From NCBI GenBank assembly GCA_965243605.1, contig CBDEVQ010000089.1:1462-65461 (forward strand): 64,000 nt of DNA, read 5' to 3'. Below are positions 63,626 through 64,000 of this stretch, piece after piece (position 1 is the stretch's first letter; the number at the start of each line of letters is the position of its first letter). The position numbers and the translations under genes are program-made. Source of the DNA: Flavobacteriales bacterium (GTDB lineage: Bacteria; Bacteroidota; Bacteroidia; Flavobacteriales; CAJXXR01). Below the pieces are notes generated by a model. The model was given only the letters and a program-made list of their open reading frames with translations, ran no database searches and was not told the DNA's origin.

Positions 63626-64000
63626 ATGAAATTGAATATTGCTATCCTTGTTTTCATTATAAGTACTCTACAAGTATTTGGACAAACAACAGAAACATTT
63701 CAAGCGGATGATAGTGCATTGTGGGGTCTAAAAAACCGAACCACAAACCAAACCGTTTTAAGCCCAGAATACGACTATATTTATACGTTTATAGATACTA
63801 ATTTTGTGAAAATTATTCAATCTGGGAAACAGGGTGTATCAAAAACCGATGGGACAATAATTATTAAACCCGAATACGATAAAATTAAGCAATTAAGAAA
63901 TCAAAACTTTATTGGAACATTAGATTCTAAATCGGCACTTATAGATCACAATGGAAAAATTATTATCCCATTACAAGAATACCTGATCGATTTATTTTTT
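63626..64000 (+). CDS. WG-repeat (KWG-like) secreted protein, partial (continues past the right edge)
   Basis: Manual translation MKLNIAILVFIISTLQVFGQ...ALWGLKNRTTNQTVLSPEYDYIY...GKQGVSKTDGTIIIKPEYDKI...; open to base 64000. Confidence 0.55.
   Translation, partial: MKLNIAILVFIISTLQVFGQTTETFQADDSALWGLKNRTTNQTVLSPEYDYIYTFIDTNFVKIIQSGKQGVSKTDGTIIIKPEYDKIKQLRNQNFIGTLDSKSALIDHNGKIIIPLQEYLIDLFF

Noticed and set aside
1-64000. CRISPR arrays, rRNA genes, IS elements with terminal inverted repeats
   Set aside because: I saw no regularly spaced short direct repeats, no rRNA-like conserved stretches and no transposase ORFs. The only long exact repeat is the intragenic 645-bp duplication.

Overview
AT-rich 64-kb window with a Bacteroidota / Flavobacteriia-like gene content: a T9SS C-terminal sorting tail, many lipoboxes, and a TonB-dependent receptor with a CarboxypepD_reg-like N-terminus. 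Almost all genes are on the minus strand. It splits into three blocks.

(1) 1 to ~22.7 kb is a mosaic mobile region. It holds a tyrosine integrase (runs off the left edge), a MobA/VirD2-type relaxase, a MobC-like protein and a TraG/VirD4 coupling protein, but no mating-pore genes. An AT-rich cargo segment carries a two-gene SF2 helicase-nuclease candidate defence operon. A second module follows with XRE regulators, a Rep-O-like wHTH protein, a large serine recombinase, an orphan Dam-like methyltransferase and a soluble T4CP/HerA-like ATPase. Related palindromic motifs recur in intergenic regions of both modules.

(2) 22.8-49.2 kb holds two RHS/YD polymorphic-toxin loci.
- A 2021-aa SpvB + FG-GAP + RHS (TcB-TcC-fusion-like) protein. 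It contains a perfect 645-bp in-frame tandem duplication and has a glycine-zipper-like C-terminal domain. Three small membrane-protein genes follow it.
- An 18.8-kb, eight-gene, tightly packed operon. It encodes a 2857-aa RHS toxin, a lipoprotein immunity candidate, a 2192-aa SpvB-like giant, an OmpH/Skp-like protein and four further secreted proteins or lipoproteins. I recognise no T6SS, TcA, CdiB or T9SS signal here. This operon is my best candidate for an undescribed envelope toxin-delivery system.

(3) 49.4-64 kb holds small secreted or immunity-like genes with a displaced gene remnant, then a Fur-family regulator. A 19-bp palindromic box occurs three times: twice in front of merC-like/folE and once in front of a frameshifted TonB-dependent receptor and its lipoprotein. 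The block also contains an LRR-like protein, an atypical tRNA-like gene, an SDR, a T9SS substrate and a partial WG-repeat protein.

No rRNA, CRISPR array or phage structural genes were seen. All functional calls rest on motifs I recognise by eye in the translations; no database search was possible.
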